Assembly (NCBI RefSeq): GCF_006345805.1
Contig: NC_042997.1
Span: forward strand, 121,334,001 to 121,398,000
DNA: 64,000 bases
DNA from: Octopus sinensis
Lineage: Eukaryota
Direction: 5' to 3'
This document shows, piece by piece, positions 28,338 to 41,794 of this stretch. The first letter of the stretch is position 1; each line of letters opens with the position of its first letter. Both the position numbers and the translations under genes were made by a program. The notes below the pieces were generated by a model. The model had not been told where the DNA came from. It did not search any database and worked only from the letters and a program-made list of their open reading frames with translations.

Positions 28338-29385
28338 TGACAGACAGAGAGACAGATACATAGTTAGATACACAGATAGATATATAGTTAGATATATACA
28401 TTCATACACACTTAAGCGCACTCACACAGAAATATACGTACGCACACACGCACACACACACTCACATAGAGGTAGACTACAGACTGCACCATTGAACACA
28501 AACGAATCAATTGGGAATTTTAATTTTAATGTGTTGGCAAATGAGAAATTTACGTCTATATTATCGTATTATTCTATGTTACTCTAGATAAATGAACGTC
28601 CATAGCCGATCTCTCAGGTCTGACATACGAGTGTCTCATATTTCAAATACCTGTTGATTTTCTGATTATCATGCTATGGTCATAAGTCGGCAATTTGGTA
28701 ACTTATTTTACAATGAATAAGTTAATTATTAAGCGGTCACTAATTCATAAAATCGTCACTAACTTCTACCATGCTATTGTTTCATCCAACAATTCGTCTA
28801 ATTTGGCATTTACTCAGTATTTTTAGCGGCGAAATATGTAAATAAAGTGCAATTATAATAAGAAGAGAGAGGCACTCAATTTCAGTAGCGAGATAATGAA
28901 ACATTGTTACCTGCAAGACAAGTCTATTTAAAGCCTAGATAAAACTTTTTGTTATATTTTTGTCATAATTGTTGTTGTGGCAAATATATTCTTTTCTTAA
29001 TAAAATTCATCATAACATTATACGGTTATATCGTGATGTCATTCGTGCTGGCTGAGTCGTTAGAAAGGGAGGCAAAATGCTAAGCAGCGTTTTGCCAGTC
29101 ATTACGTTCTAATTTCAAATTCCGTTGAGGCTGACTTTGCCTTTCATCATTTCGGAATCGATAAAATAAGTAACAGCTGATCACTGGGGACGCTATAATC
29201 GACTAAATACTCCTTTGAAATTGCTGGCTTTTTTCCACAATTAAAAACCCAAATTATGGTGTCATTTTGTGTCATATATATATATATACATACACACACA
29301 CACACACATATATATATATACATATATAAATATACGTACATATATATATATATATATGTATGTATGTATACACACAAACACACAC

Positions 29386-29433
<48 letters not shown>

Positions 29434-29435
29434 GA

Positions 29436-29587
29436 GTGAATTTAACTTTTCGTAGTTGAATTATGTCACAAACGTATGTGAACAAATCTACACTTTGCAT
29501 ATATATATATATATATATATATATGCAAAGTGTAGATTTGTTCACATTCGTTTGTGACATATTTCAACTACGAGAAGGTAAATTCAC
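29436..29587. repeat. Near-perfect 152-bp palindrome with (AT)n centre
   Basis: GTGAATTT..GTCACAAACGTATGTGAACAAATCTACACTTTGCAT-(AT)n-ATGCAAAGTGTAGATTTGTTCACATTCGTTTGTGAC..AAATTCAC. Confidence 0.92.
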
Positions 29588-30069
29588 TGTTGTTATCGTG
29601 CACAAAATGTTCTCATGCTTAAAAGGTGTAAAATCAAGATATATGTTGTTTAGTGTCATGGTCACTCAGAACTTTCAGGCATTGATGTTTCTTGTTACTT
29701 AGCAGTTATCAATCGGAAATAACTAAGAAAGCAAAACTGGACAGAATTTATCAGAGTTGCAACTTTAACTAAAACACAGCCAACATCGTTGACTGATTTG
29801 CACCAGTAGACCGCCAGATCGTGAAAATAACCCAAATATTAGTGCCAAGTGTTTAAGCATCAGTAAAATATAGGTTAATTTAAATATGCTTGTCACAAGG
29901 GACAGATATTGTGTTTTTACACACTTTTACCATAAAAGAACGTTTTCTCTGCGGCACCTGCAGTGAATTTCCCGTGAATTTCCCGTTTACCAGTTGAAAT
30001 ACGTCACAAACATATTTTAAAAACCTTAACTTTGCTTATACCTAAGCATTGATAGCTCCTAATATTTTA

Positions 30070-30112
<43 letters not shown>

Positions 30113-30409
30113 TATAAGTGTATGTGTATTAACTTTACATAAATACACGGATTTGCAAATATGGTTAAATAAATATATCCATCTCTCATATCTCCAGACT
30201 ATTTCAAGTTTATAGACACACACACATACACGTACACACACACACGTACAAACACTCACGTACACACACACATGTATTCATACACATACACGCATATGTA
30301 TATATACATATTTGGTTTGCAAGATTCTCGATGTGGAATCGTGCGTTGGAACAGATGTTGTATTTAGGAATGGTCATTTTACCAGTTCAGCCAATAAAAA
30401 CACATACAG

Positions 30410-30442
<33 letters not shown>

Positions 30443-30519
30443 GAGAGATAAATATATACACATATATATGTATATACATATATACATACATACACACACA
30501 CATATTTACATATATACAT

Positions 30520-30550
<31 letters not shown>

Positions 30551-31187
30551 ATGTATATATGTATATGTCGATAAGCACATGATCATTCACCACTATACAT
30601 TAGTATTTACCTGTTTCACGTCCCACGTTCTATTATATAAACAAATTGAATATCTCTGGAGCTCTGTTCCTACACACATTTTCCCCTACAAGCTATGATC
30701 GCCAACAAACTAAATTAAATATTCATCTCCTCTGCAATGTCTCTGTCTACCACGGCAATGAAACGCTTCCCTTATCAACAAAGTGGCAAATATAAAACGG
30801 AACGATGTATTTATTGTACAGAAATATTTTTTAAAAATAATAAATATTCAGAAAATATAATTCAATTATATTTCTAGGAATCTGAAGTGAAATATCGTGT
30901 TCCTGACAATCCTCCAGCGGAAAGTTTTGTTAGAAATTTTAAATTTTATATTTTTCGTTAGGGTAATATAACGTATTTTAGTTTGCGAACATTAAAGCTA
31001 GTACTTAGTATATTCTAATATAAATTATTAATGGTTTCCTTGAGTATTGCTATTTCATAATGGTGAGTATATACTTGAGCTCTTCCCTATGTCTCCGGTT
31101 CTAAATCACTGTTGTGAAATATAGCGTGTTCTGGGTAACTTTAGACCTGGGAGAATTCCACGTTTCTAACGTTTGACCACATTAGAT

Positions 31188-31266
31188 GAAAGAAAGAAAG
31201 AAAGAAAGCAGGAAAGAAAGAAAGTAAGATATCAGGAAAGAAATAAAGAAAGCAGGAAAGAGAGAC

Positions 31267-31304
<38 letters not shown>

Positions 31305-31479
31305 GAATCAGGAAATAAAGAAAAGAATCAGGAAAGAAAGAAAGAAAGATATCAGGAAAGAGAGAAAGAAAGAAAGAAAGATATCAGGAAAGAGAGAAAG
31401 AAAGAAAGAAACAAACAAACAAACAAACAAACAAACAATGAAAGAAAGAGAGAAAGAAAGAAAGAAAGAAAAAAGAAAG
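31188..31479. repeat. (GAAA)n polypurine tract with GATATCAGGAAAG subrepeats
   Basis: Directly visible. Confidence 0.92.
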
Positions 31480-32008
31480 ACGCCTGGTTCAGGACTTTTA
31501 CTTCATTTATCAGCGCTGAAAAATGGCAACCAAAACGGTATCTCATCTCAGTACACTAAGAACTGGAACCACGCCACGAGGCAATCTATCTAACTTTGCA
31601 ACGACACAGCCATTTTGCAGCCTGGGGGGCAAGCAGCTGCGAGTTGTTAAACCCCAATAAATAGGAAGCTACCAGGCCACCTCTATGTTATCGAACAAAC
31701 AATTCTTTAAATAACCCATTGAGAGTTGGAGCATAATAGTGTTCTCTGTATACATCATTTAGTGCTCGGACGCTTCATTGAGTTGATGAACTTGTCACAC
31801 ATCATTTACAAAGAAAGCATTACACAGAGATCCTTTTTGTTATGCTAATTTTACCTTCTTGACAGACCTTTTGGTGCCACGCTATAAATATTTATACACA
31901 GTTCCAGTGATTAATGGAAAATCAAATGGCTTATGTGTACATTGTGTGTGTGTAGGGCGAGACGCCTTTCACAATATCAGTAACAAATACATACCGATCT
32001 CTATTTAT

Positions 32009-32055
<47 letters not shown>

Positions 32056-32078
32056 TATCATATATAATATATGTATAT

Positions 32079-32147
<69 letters not shown>

Positions 32148-32150
32148 ATC

Positions 32151-32225
<75 letters not shown>

Positions 32226-32240
32226 AATATATATCATATA

Positions 32241-32361
<121 letters not shown>

Positions 32362-32738
32362 TATATATCTATATATATATATATACTATATATATATAAT
32401 TACTATATATCTCGTGTTTAAAATTAGATGTACAACTACTACTGTACGAGTCAGAGCTCCGGGTAGATTATCTAGTCTGTTTCAGTGGTTCATCTACCAT
32501 CGAACTGATTAGTGTTACCAGACATGATACACAGATAAGCACAAGAATAATATGTTAGTTGCTATGTACATTTCACTCGTTAGTTGCTATGTATAATGCA
32601 GTTATTTGGAACTCAGGATTGTATGTTTCAAATGCATTTGGAAGCCAAACCGCAATGGGTCACCAGGGGAACTCTTTATTGCAGCTTGTTATAGAATTCT
32701 GCTATTGAACACAAACACACACACACCATACACACACA

Positions 32739-32824
<86 letters not shown>

Positions 32825-32836
<12 letters not shown>

Positions 32837-32971
32837 ACCAAGTAAGCGCACAAATGTGAAACAAGGTGGAAAAAAGAGTATTCAAATACCAGAGGTAGAG
32901 TAATATGCTTTATTTAAAATCAGCAGAAATATAACAAAAGCTGTTACTGAGTTTCACGTTCCCGTTCATCG
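32825..32971 (-). mobile_element. Penelope terminal-repeat remnant with a truncated hammerhead (32941-32971)
   Basis: Minus strand reads (TA)n-C-GAUGA-ACG-GGAA-CGU-GAAA-CUCAG-UA-ACAG. The 5' strand of stem I is replaced by (TA)n, and both ends abut TA repeats. Confidence 0.6.
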
Positions 32972-33689
32972 TATATATATATATATATTGTTTTGTTTTG
33001 TTTTTGTTTTTCCAGTTTCAGCTCTTGAGCTGTGGCCATGCTGGGGCACCGCCATTGTGGTGAAAGAGTACAGCAGGGATCACCACCCCCTGCCGGAGCC
33101 TCGTAGAGCTTTTAGGTGTTTTCGCTCAATAAACACACACAACGCCCAGTCTGAGAATCGAAACCGCGATCCTGCGACCGCGAGTCCGCTGCCCTAACCA
33201 CTAGGCCATATATATTATTTATTTATTTATTTGTTTGATCCACTTGCTGAAAGGCAACACCCCTTCAGCAAATAGACTTCAAACTATTTGCATGTATGTT
33301 CCAGACCCAGTGATTCCTTTCTTTAAGAGCTGTGTTGAGTAGATGACAGCGAAGTGCTACACTAATAGTGAAATGCCGATATCTTTCATTCTCCTTCACC
33401 TCGGAGGTATTTGTCTCACCTGGTTTCGGACGTATAGTTTTCTCTAACACGCCGTCGTGTTAATACAGAAAAATGCAGAGTGAAATGTAAAATACAGAAA
33501 AAGTTGTAAAAATATATAAAGCAATAAAAATATAAAATATATCTCAATAAATATGTTAAAAAAATATGTAAAAAATATAAAAGAAATATAAAAAGTATAG
33601 AGATAAAATACTTGTACATGGACACAATATAGAACGGAAGTCCTATCTGTGATCTTGGAAGGACCAAAAACGTAACAAATATTTAGCCA

Positions 33690-33960
33690 CATGTGGACAT
33701 GTTCCAAAACGTTCAGTTCTTGAAAGGTGCTTTTCCAGATGAGCCATCTTTCCATATCACAAAGACCGCACTTTTCACTGCCATTGGTGTAGGGCTTACA
33801 CTTAGCTAAGATCTTCCAATGGATGTTGTAACTGACACTGTTATCTTTTAAGGACCATATATAACTGGATAATGTGGTCGTTTTCCTTTTATCCCAGTGC
33901 CTGAAGCTCAAGGTGCGATTGTTGAACCTAGCCTTGAAATACCCCTCTCTAAGGTCCAAT
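33690..33960 (-). pseudogene. Penelope-like GIY-YIG C-terminal fragment, 5'-truncated at an (AT)n tract
   Basis: EGYFKARFNNRTLSFRH..TTLSSYIWSLKDNSVSYNIHWKILAKCKPYTNGSEKCGLCDMERWLI is homologous to the PLE-B endonuclease end. Confidence 0.85.
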
Positions 33961-34013
33961 ATTTCTTTGTCGAATATGTATATACATATACATATAAATA
34001 TATATATAATATA

Positions 34014-34120
<107 letters not shown>

Positions 34121-34333
34121 CAATTTATAAGAGGAGATTATTGCAATTAGAATCTAAAGGCAAAATTAATAGAAGTCACACAAAGTAGCTGAGGGTACTG
34201 GCTAGCACCAGATTTTGGTAAAATAAGAATTAAATTAACTCAAGAAGCCAGTAAAGCACTATAAGCTAGGGACTTACCTCCCTTTGTCAGCCATTAAGCA
34301 TAGTGCTTTATATTTTTAACTTTTATGAAAATA

Positions 34334-34461
34334 TACAGTAGAACCTCGGTTTTCGAAACAACTCTGATCACGAATAAATCGTACTTTATCTCCTGTCTTT
34401 CGCATATTCATTTAATACAGTAGTACCTCGGTTTGTGAACTCCTCTGATCACAAAGAAATC
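34334..34461 (+). mobile_element. Two tandem pogo/Tigger-like 5' termini
   Basis: TA|CAGTAGAACCTCGGTTTTCGAA at 34334 and TA|CAGTAGTACCTCGGTTTGTGAA at 34416, each followed by CTCTGATCAC. Confidence 0.55.
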
Positions 34462-34467
34462 GTGTTT

Positions 34468-34501
<34 letters not shown>

Positions 34502-34597
34502 TATATGTGCGTGTGTGTTTGTGTGTGTGTATGTGTGTGTGTATGTATGTGTGTGTGTGTCTGTGTGTGCGTGCGTGCGTGCGTGTGTGTGTGTATG

Positions 34598-35016
34598 TAT
34601 TCTTTCTTTTTCTTTCTTTTACTTGTTTCAGTCATTTTGACTGCGGCCATGCTGGAGCACCGCCTTTTAGTCGAGCAACTCGACCCCGGGACTCATTCTT
34701 TTTGTAAGCCCAGTACTTATTCTATCGGTCTCTTTTTGCCGAACCGCTAAGTGACGGGGACGTAAACACACCAGCATCGGTTGTCAAGCAATGCTAGGGG
34801 AACAAACACAGACACACAAACACACACACATACATATATATACATATATACGACAGGCTTCTTTCAGTTTCCGTCTACCAAATCCACTCACAAGGCATTG
34901 GTCGGCCCGGGGCTAAAGCAGAAGACACTTGCCCAAGATGCCACGCAGTGGGACTGAACCCGGAACCATGTGGTTGGTTAGCAAGCTACTTACCACACAG
35001 CCACCCCTGCGCCTAT
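34598..35016 (-). mobile_element. SINE, same family as 7561-8022, well preserved
   Basis: Reverse-complement head GCGCAGGGGTGGCTGTGTGGTAAG..GGGTTCAGTCCCACTG and tail GGCGGTGCTCCAGCATGGCCGCAGTC. Confidence 0.85.
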
Positions 35017-36048
35017 ATTTTGTATGTATATAAAACACGATTTATTTGCGATCAGTTACTCAAAAGACAGAGGTACTAGTGTATTTGGTTGCATTTTGAC
35101 AGGTTACAGGTTATGATCGTTCATATAGACTTGAGTATCATTATATATACATATAATGTATATACACATAGGTAAACGTTGCTGTGTCTTAATGACCTTG
35201 TTACGAGAAGTCTAGAGGTGTATGCAGAACGTATTTATGTAATATACACTCTTAGCTGCGTTCATCATGTATGTTGAAGGAAACCGACATTTCACTAACA
35301 CGGTTATATGGCAGTTTAAATATGATAAGACAGTGTGTTCGATAGCAAGATGAAAATATCCCTGGTAGTAAATTTAAGGCGTCATGTCTATTCTGAAAAT
35401 GTTATTTAGTTTCATCACACTGAGTTTTCTCGTGCTGACAAGGATTGAGTGTATCTCCATAGGGGTGCATGCAAATTAGTCTTAAACTAACTCATTTTTC
35501 CATATTTACATACGATGAGATTTCGTACACATTATACAAAAGAAAAGAACGGACTGGATTTAACACCAATCGTTTATTTACAAAAGGTAGTAGAAATATA
35601 AACATTGAATTCATCACGACATAATCATGATGGAAAAATTGTAGTACATATTATGTATGAATTAGACATTTTAAAATGGCATCTGTCGCAAGAGTAATGA
35701 CAGAATAAATTTTTTTAGCTAGTTCATTAGACTACACTAATAAGTTGAGAATAGCATGGCATAAGATTATGAAGAATAAACAATGCAAAATAGCAATGCA
35801 GAAATGAGTGACGAGGTCCCGTGTGGCAACCATGTGTAACTAAATAATTTCCCCAAAATCTGGGTTCAAATAACTGTCGTAAAACCTATTCTGGAGGCAT
35901 TTCTCCATTAAAAAGAACATCTTCACGGAGACTACAATCGGTGTAGGAACGGACCAATGAAAAAGCGTAAGACAATTATAAACAAAAACAGTCGACAAGA
36001 CTATTACGCCATACTGCAGCTGCTAGAGTCCATAACTGCTACAATATA

Positions 36049-36086
<38 letters not shown>

Positions 36087-36489
36087 TGTGTGTGTGTGTG
36101 TGTGTGTATGTGTGTGTGTATCAGAGCTCCAGGTAGATTATCCAATCAGCTTCCTGTATAGTGGTGAGTCTAACCATAAATTTATGAGTATTACTACATA
36201 TGATATACAAACCATATATAGGAGAAAATTAAGATAAACACAAGTGTAAAATAGTAGTTGCTCTAGATGAGTTTACTATGGGAAACAACTGATATCTGGG
36301 CCAGAAATTAGCGTATGTTTTTAAACTAATTTAAATTATATTGTACGTATAAGGGCAAATTCAAAGTGCCCTTTAAACTGTATTTTTTATACTTTATGAA
36401 CAAAGAGTTATCGTCTAACCTTCAAGGACTGAAATTCAGCAGTTACTCTCGGAACTCCAGCTTAAATAAAATCCTTGACGTTCCATTAC

Positions 36490-36727
36490 GTGAAGGCGCG
36501 TGGCCTAGTGTTTAAGGGGTTACACTCATCATCAGTTGTGCGCTGTGTACTTCAGAAAAATACTTCATTTCACGTTGCTCCATTCCACGGACGTTCTGTT
36601 TAGGAGCTGAAATGTTGTCACTCTCGCTTAGCCAACGCAGTCGTATCATTCGAAGTCTAAAATAATACGAAGCGCATTGTGGCCAGTGATGTATAACAAC
36701 ATCCGATAATCTGGTCGATACCGGGAT
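36490..36727 (+). mobile_element. Degenerate SINE (head H2 + tail T1)
   Basis: GTGAAGGCGCGTGGCCTAGTG..ATTTCACGTTGCTCCA followed by CGAAGCGCATTGTGGCCAGTGATGTATAACAACATCCGATAATCTGGTCG. Confidence 0.7.
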
Positions 36728-37143
36728 ACCGTGATTTTTCCTTTACATTTACTTTCAGCATATGATCCGAATTCATTCGTTCAAAGTAGCAATATACTTG
36801 TTAGTTATACAGCATTACTGTTTCTTAAAAAGAAGTTCAGCCCTGAGTATCTCGCCTTTATTCTATTCTTTGTAATGTGAGTCATAGTGTATTAAATGTG
36901 GTTATAAGAAGGGGCTCATTTAAAAGAAATTTAACTTCTGCCTTGTAGGGGGAAATAACCACGCCGTGCCTTCCGCGTGGTCCGTGTCAACCCCTGGATA
37001 CGATTTATTGGTTTAAGAACGGCTTTGTGTGTGTGCGTGCGTGTTTTTTTGTGGGGTGGGGGTTATAAACATATGTTTAAGAGCATGTTGCTTTTTTAAA
37101 AAAAAACGCTTGTTTAAAATTCTAATGTACGGAATGTAAACAA

Positions 37144-37317
37144 ATAGGAATTGTAAATTAATTCAACAGGAAGATAAAAAAAATTACATTTGATTTTACA
37201 CTGTTTTTCTTTCCATATATTAATTCCCTATAAAATTGTTAGCCAAATTCTATCAAAGTAAATTATGTAAATCAAAATTTGCCACTAATTCAACCAAATT
37301 ATTTCAAGTAATTTGCA

Positions 37318-37365
<48 letters not shown>

Positions 37366-37669
37366 TTATGGTTATGTGCGCGTGTATGTTATTGTATGGT
37401 GTGTATGTATGTGTATGCGCGCGCGCGTGTGTATGTGTGTGTATGTGTGTGTGTATGTGTGTGTATGTGTGTGTGTGTGTGTGCGCGTGTAATACGAAAA
37501 ATTACTAAAGTAGTTTGGTTGAATTAGCGGCAAATTTACATAATTTACCTTGATGGAATTTGGAAATCACTTTTATAGCGTATAAATGCATAAAATGCAA
37601 AATCAACATTGAATAAAATAGAAAAAAAAACTTTCTTCCACTGCTCGAAAATAAATTTACAATTCCTAT
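37144..37669. mobile_element. Foldback element with ~180-bp inverted arms and (TTA)n/(GT)n core
   Basis: ATAGGAATTGTAAATT..GTAAATTATGTAAAT..TTGCCACTAATTCAACCAAA vs TTTGGTTGAATTAGCGGCAAATTTACATAATTTAC..AATTTACAATTCCTAT. Confidence 0.8.
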
Positions 37670-37758
37670 GTAAGTTATGCAGTCTTAATAAACATACAAT
37701 TTAGCATATCTGTTAAAAGTAAATGAAATCGCTACACAACAGGTTTACCTTGATGTAG

Positions 37759-37992
37759 AAACAAGCAGAGATAATTCTTATTAGAAAGAAACAGAGATCA
37801 ACCTTATTAGAAAGAAAGAAACAGAGATTAACATTATGATAAAGAAACAGGGATCAATCTTATTAGAAATAAACCGAGATCACCCTTATTAAAAAGAAAC
37901 AGTGATCAACCTTATTACAAAGAAACAGAGATCAACTTTATTAGAAAGAAACAGAGATCAACCTTATTAGAAAGAATAAGAGGTCAACCTAG
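37759..37992. repeat. 26-bp minisatellite, about 9 copies
   Basis: Consensus AAAGAAACAGAGATCAACCTTATTAG, exact at 37785-37810 and 37945-37970. Confidence 0.92.
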
Positions 37993-40402
37993 ATCTTCAC
38001 CAGACGAAGAATATCTATTTGATACTCAGAAACAAAATCAAAACAGATTAATTCAACGGTGCACGGTGGCAACTCGTTCTAGTTTGATGGATCCCCACAT
38101 TTTTTCTGGATCCTTCACATTTTTTCATACATACTTGTCCTACATATTCTACAACACATGACCTCTGAGCTTTAACAATTAGACCCCTTCAACTGTGTCG
38201 TCTAATCATGCTTTAGAAATGAATATTTCCAACATATCATGTTATGTTTTCACGTAAATTTCAATTATTGTTTTTAGTTATATTTAGTATTTCTTCGATT
38301 GCAAAGGCATGTCTTTCTAAATTACTTGAAACGGACGATTTCTTCCGCGTATATAAAGTATGGGACAATACAATGGGAGAGTTAGAAAACTAGACAATTC
38401 GACTAAAGTGCAGCAATGGTACATTAGTTACCGACTCTGAAAAGATGAAAAAGTAAATTTAACCTCAGGAGAATTTAAACCCAGAAGGCAGATAACCAGA
38501 ACGTTTACACAAACCAATCTCTTCGACGCGCTAATAACTACCACACAGCTCTTTTATTGTTATATATGCATGTCCACACACACACATTTATATATATATA
38601 TATATTTTATAGCTCCAGCTTTTCGTGACTTCTATCTTCATGATTCTCATTTCTATTTTCCTCTTGTATTTCTTCAACTTTTACACACAGCATTTCAGGT
38701 TCATTAGTCTGTCCATGACTAATATCTTCACATGCTAGTTCCTAATATTCCTTCATCAACGCATTATCTATATATCTATTAAAATTTCGTTCGTTAACCA
38801 AGACGTTAGATGCTTTGTTTATTAATGGTTGGCTTTATTGTTGCTTATACAATGTAATCGCTACCTGACGCTTTTCAAGACTTGTCATCTTTATGAAAGT
38901 TGTTTCTTTGTTAATCATATATTCATCACTTTCGACAGTATTTTTCTTTTATCTGTCAGTTGATTACTTTACTTATATCATGTTTTGCAAAAGTTTCCGT
39001 CCTCATTCTGAAACTGTTATTTTGTATTTCATGTCTCTCGGATGTGTTTTATACATCCTATGAAGTTGGAATTCGTAAATATATCGACTATTTCTAACCG
39101 TTTATTTATTTTGTCGATCCTTTGCTGTTGGATTTGATGGACCTTTTCTGATATTACGTTCCCATATATTTCCCTATATACACGTATTCTTGTATTATTA
39201 CCTCCTTATTTCTGCTGAATAATCGCATTTGTTGTATGATTAAGCTATACTCGTCTGTAGCGCACATATTTTATATCATGGACTGATTAATGTAAGTTCT
39301 TTTCAAGTCTATTATTATCCTTTTTCTATTCATACTTATATCACATACCGCTATGCTCCAGATGTGATTCGATAGACATGGTATATTTCTCCTATAAATA
39401 TAACAGAAAGGGTGTACTATATCTATCGACATTAGCCGTTTCTCTGTTTGTTCTAATGTAGTTTGTGCCGATTTATCTCTCATAAAATATAGTTGCTGTG
39501 ATCCACCGAAGTTGCATCTATTGTTAGCTGCGGTTTGGGGATTTTTAAATGCATGGTTTTCTATGTTTGTGATGGTATGTTTTATGATTTTCTGAGCAAC
39601 CATCTTTCAAGTTTTCTATTAGATAGTATGTAATCTTTATGTTGATGAGTAAGAATATAGTATTAGGGAGTTCAGTTCAAACTTTAATACATCGTAACGA
39701 AGAATGAGATAAACCAAACCAACAGTAATCATTAAACAGTCTTCCATCGACCGTATATAGCACAAATTATTCAATAGGATCAACACAAATTTAGCTAGAG
39801 AGGTACGACCAACCACAATAGAAGCTATGAAAACCACAATACTCACTAAAAACGTATATAAACATAGAAATCGTTTCTATGTTTATATAGCCAGAACCAT
39901 CTGAATGCAAAAGATCGAGACCGTGCTCTTATTATCAGCGGAATTCAATATCATCGGCAAGAGGGTGACAAAAAAGTAACATAAAATGAACTTCCAAAGC
40001 CAGTTATAAACCTGTTCTGCAATGTCTATGGAAAACCACTTCGTTTTATGGAGAATGGTATAAATAAGTTAGAATAGTATAAATACAAATTTGTTCTGTG
40101 TAAGAAATCATGTAATATCACGTTTCTTTCTGGAACAATCTTGAATTTTCAGCAACTTAAAATGAGTGTCAGAAGAGAATTTCTCCAGCTCAGTGACCAA
40201 AGGTTACCTGAAGCAATTTGTTTTAGTGCAGAGAAACCTATACATTTACAGTGATTGTCTTTCCCGCCGGCAGAATTAGAAGTTTAAAGGTTCCACGAAC
40301 CAGATCAGAAGTACATTGTTTTGAATTATATTTGCCTTGCTATTTAGTAGGTATACAAAGAACACACATATACACACAAGCACACACATGTATATGCAAA
40401 TA

Positions 40403-40709
40403 GTGGAGGCATATGGCCTAGTGGTTAGAGCAGCGGACTCGCGGTCGAGGGATAGCGGGTTCGAATCTCAGACCGGATGATGTTTGTGTTTATGAGCGAA
40501 ACACCTAAGCTCCACACGGCTCCGACAGAAGGTAATGGCGAAACTTCTGCTGACTCTTTCGCCACAACTTTCTCTCACTCTTTACTTCTGCATCTTACAG
40601 ATCACCTCCAATGGACCGGCGTCTCGTCCAGGTGGGGAACCTATACGCCAAGTAACCGGGAAACCGGCCCTTATGAGCCAGGCATGGCTCGAGAAGGAAC
40701 AAACAATGG
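40403..40709 (+). mobile_element. Full-length tRNA-derived SINE (H1 + T2-like tail) with 11-bp TSD
   Basis: A box TGGCCTAGTGG, B box GGTTCGAATCT; TSD ATATGCAAATA at 40392-40402 and 40710-40720. Confidence 0.92.
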
Positions 40710-40718
40710 ATATGCAAA

Positions 40719-41794
40719 TACCAAGTTAAGTCAAAAGTTGTTTCGAATTTCACTGATCATTTTTAATAACTTCTATCTCCATGTTATATTATTAATTTGA
40801 TAGAACTTGTTTTCCAGTCGCTGCTGAGTTGTTTATTGTTTCCCTACATAATATAAAAGCATTAATTGCTTATTCTTTATTGCAGGGAAATATTTCAATT
40901 TTATGCTACTTGTGTAAAAAGAAAGATAAGACTGAATGCAAAAGAAATTAATTATGTGAAAGGACCATGAACTGTCAACGAACGTGTAATACAAAATTCG
41001 TTTAGAAGTTATAAATAAGGAAAGTGACGCCAGCCTCGAAGACAAACGAAGGCCAGCGAGGTCGATTCGGGAAGATGAGGTCTTGCATGGAATGGTTTAA
41101 ACAACAGGCGAGCTCAAGCACTCATACTCAAACTTGGTCGTTCACAAAGAACCTTCAATCTAACCTGCATATGCTTGATCTTGGAAACAGACACCGTTGA
41201 GTGGTTCCTTCTGGAATGACCAAGGAACTGGCTCGACGACGTATGAATCTTAGCAAACAATTAATGGTAAATCCTCGCGATACTCGTTTTTGGTATCAAA
41301 ATGTAACTGAGGATGAAAAATGGAGATATTTTTGTAATCTCAATGAGAAATCAGTGGCTCCGTTCCGGCCAGTCTTCAGAACCTGTACTCAAACAACGCC
41401 GTTTTCAACAAAAAGTCATATATGTATCATGGAATTTCAAGGGAATGTTGCACTTTAAGCTTGTCTCAGATGGTTATGCTGTGAACGCTAACCTCTATGT
41501 TCAACATGTGTAGTGACTACATGAGGTTTTGATAGCTACTCAGCATTGATCAATCGGAGACACACATTTTTACAGCATAACAATGTCCCAGCACACGCTG
41601 CCAATGCGACCTAGTGCAAAATTGAAGAAATTGAAGGACTGAAATTGTTGGCTCATCATGTGTACAGTCCAGTCCTTGCACTATCAGATTAACACCTCTT
41701 CCAAACCATTGCTCCTTTCTTGCACAGACGGTGGATCAACAATTGGGATGAGATCACAGGCGTGTCCAGGGAATGTTTTGCCTCTAAACCAGCC
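40719..41794 (+). pseudogene. Decayed mariner transposase element, 3'-truncated
   Basis: Fragments DASLEDKRRP, WVP..VTEDEKW, SWNFKGMLHFKLV, LQHNNVPAHAA, HHVYSPVLALSD*HLFQ and FASKP match the mariner WVPHEL, DEKW, HDNARPH and YSPDLAPSDYHLF motifs. A TIR-like sequence TACCAAGTTAAGTCAAAAGTT starts at 40719. Confidence 0.88.

Noticed and set aside
33405-33470. ACGTCC-GAAA-CCAGGT on the minus strand downstream of the GIY-YIG fragment
   Set aside because: No NUGANNA core, and G at the cleavage position.
37759-37992. Regular short repeats as a CRISPR array
   Set aside because: No unique spacers, no cas genes, and a eukaryotic context.
38640-39850. Possible decayed LINE endonuclease region on the minus strand
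   Set aside because: Only faint resemblances; no diagnostic motif could be read with confidence.
40403-40475. SINE heads as tRNA genes
   Set aside because: A and B boxes are present, but they continue into SINE bodies with tails or TSDs, and no complete cloverleaf was evident.
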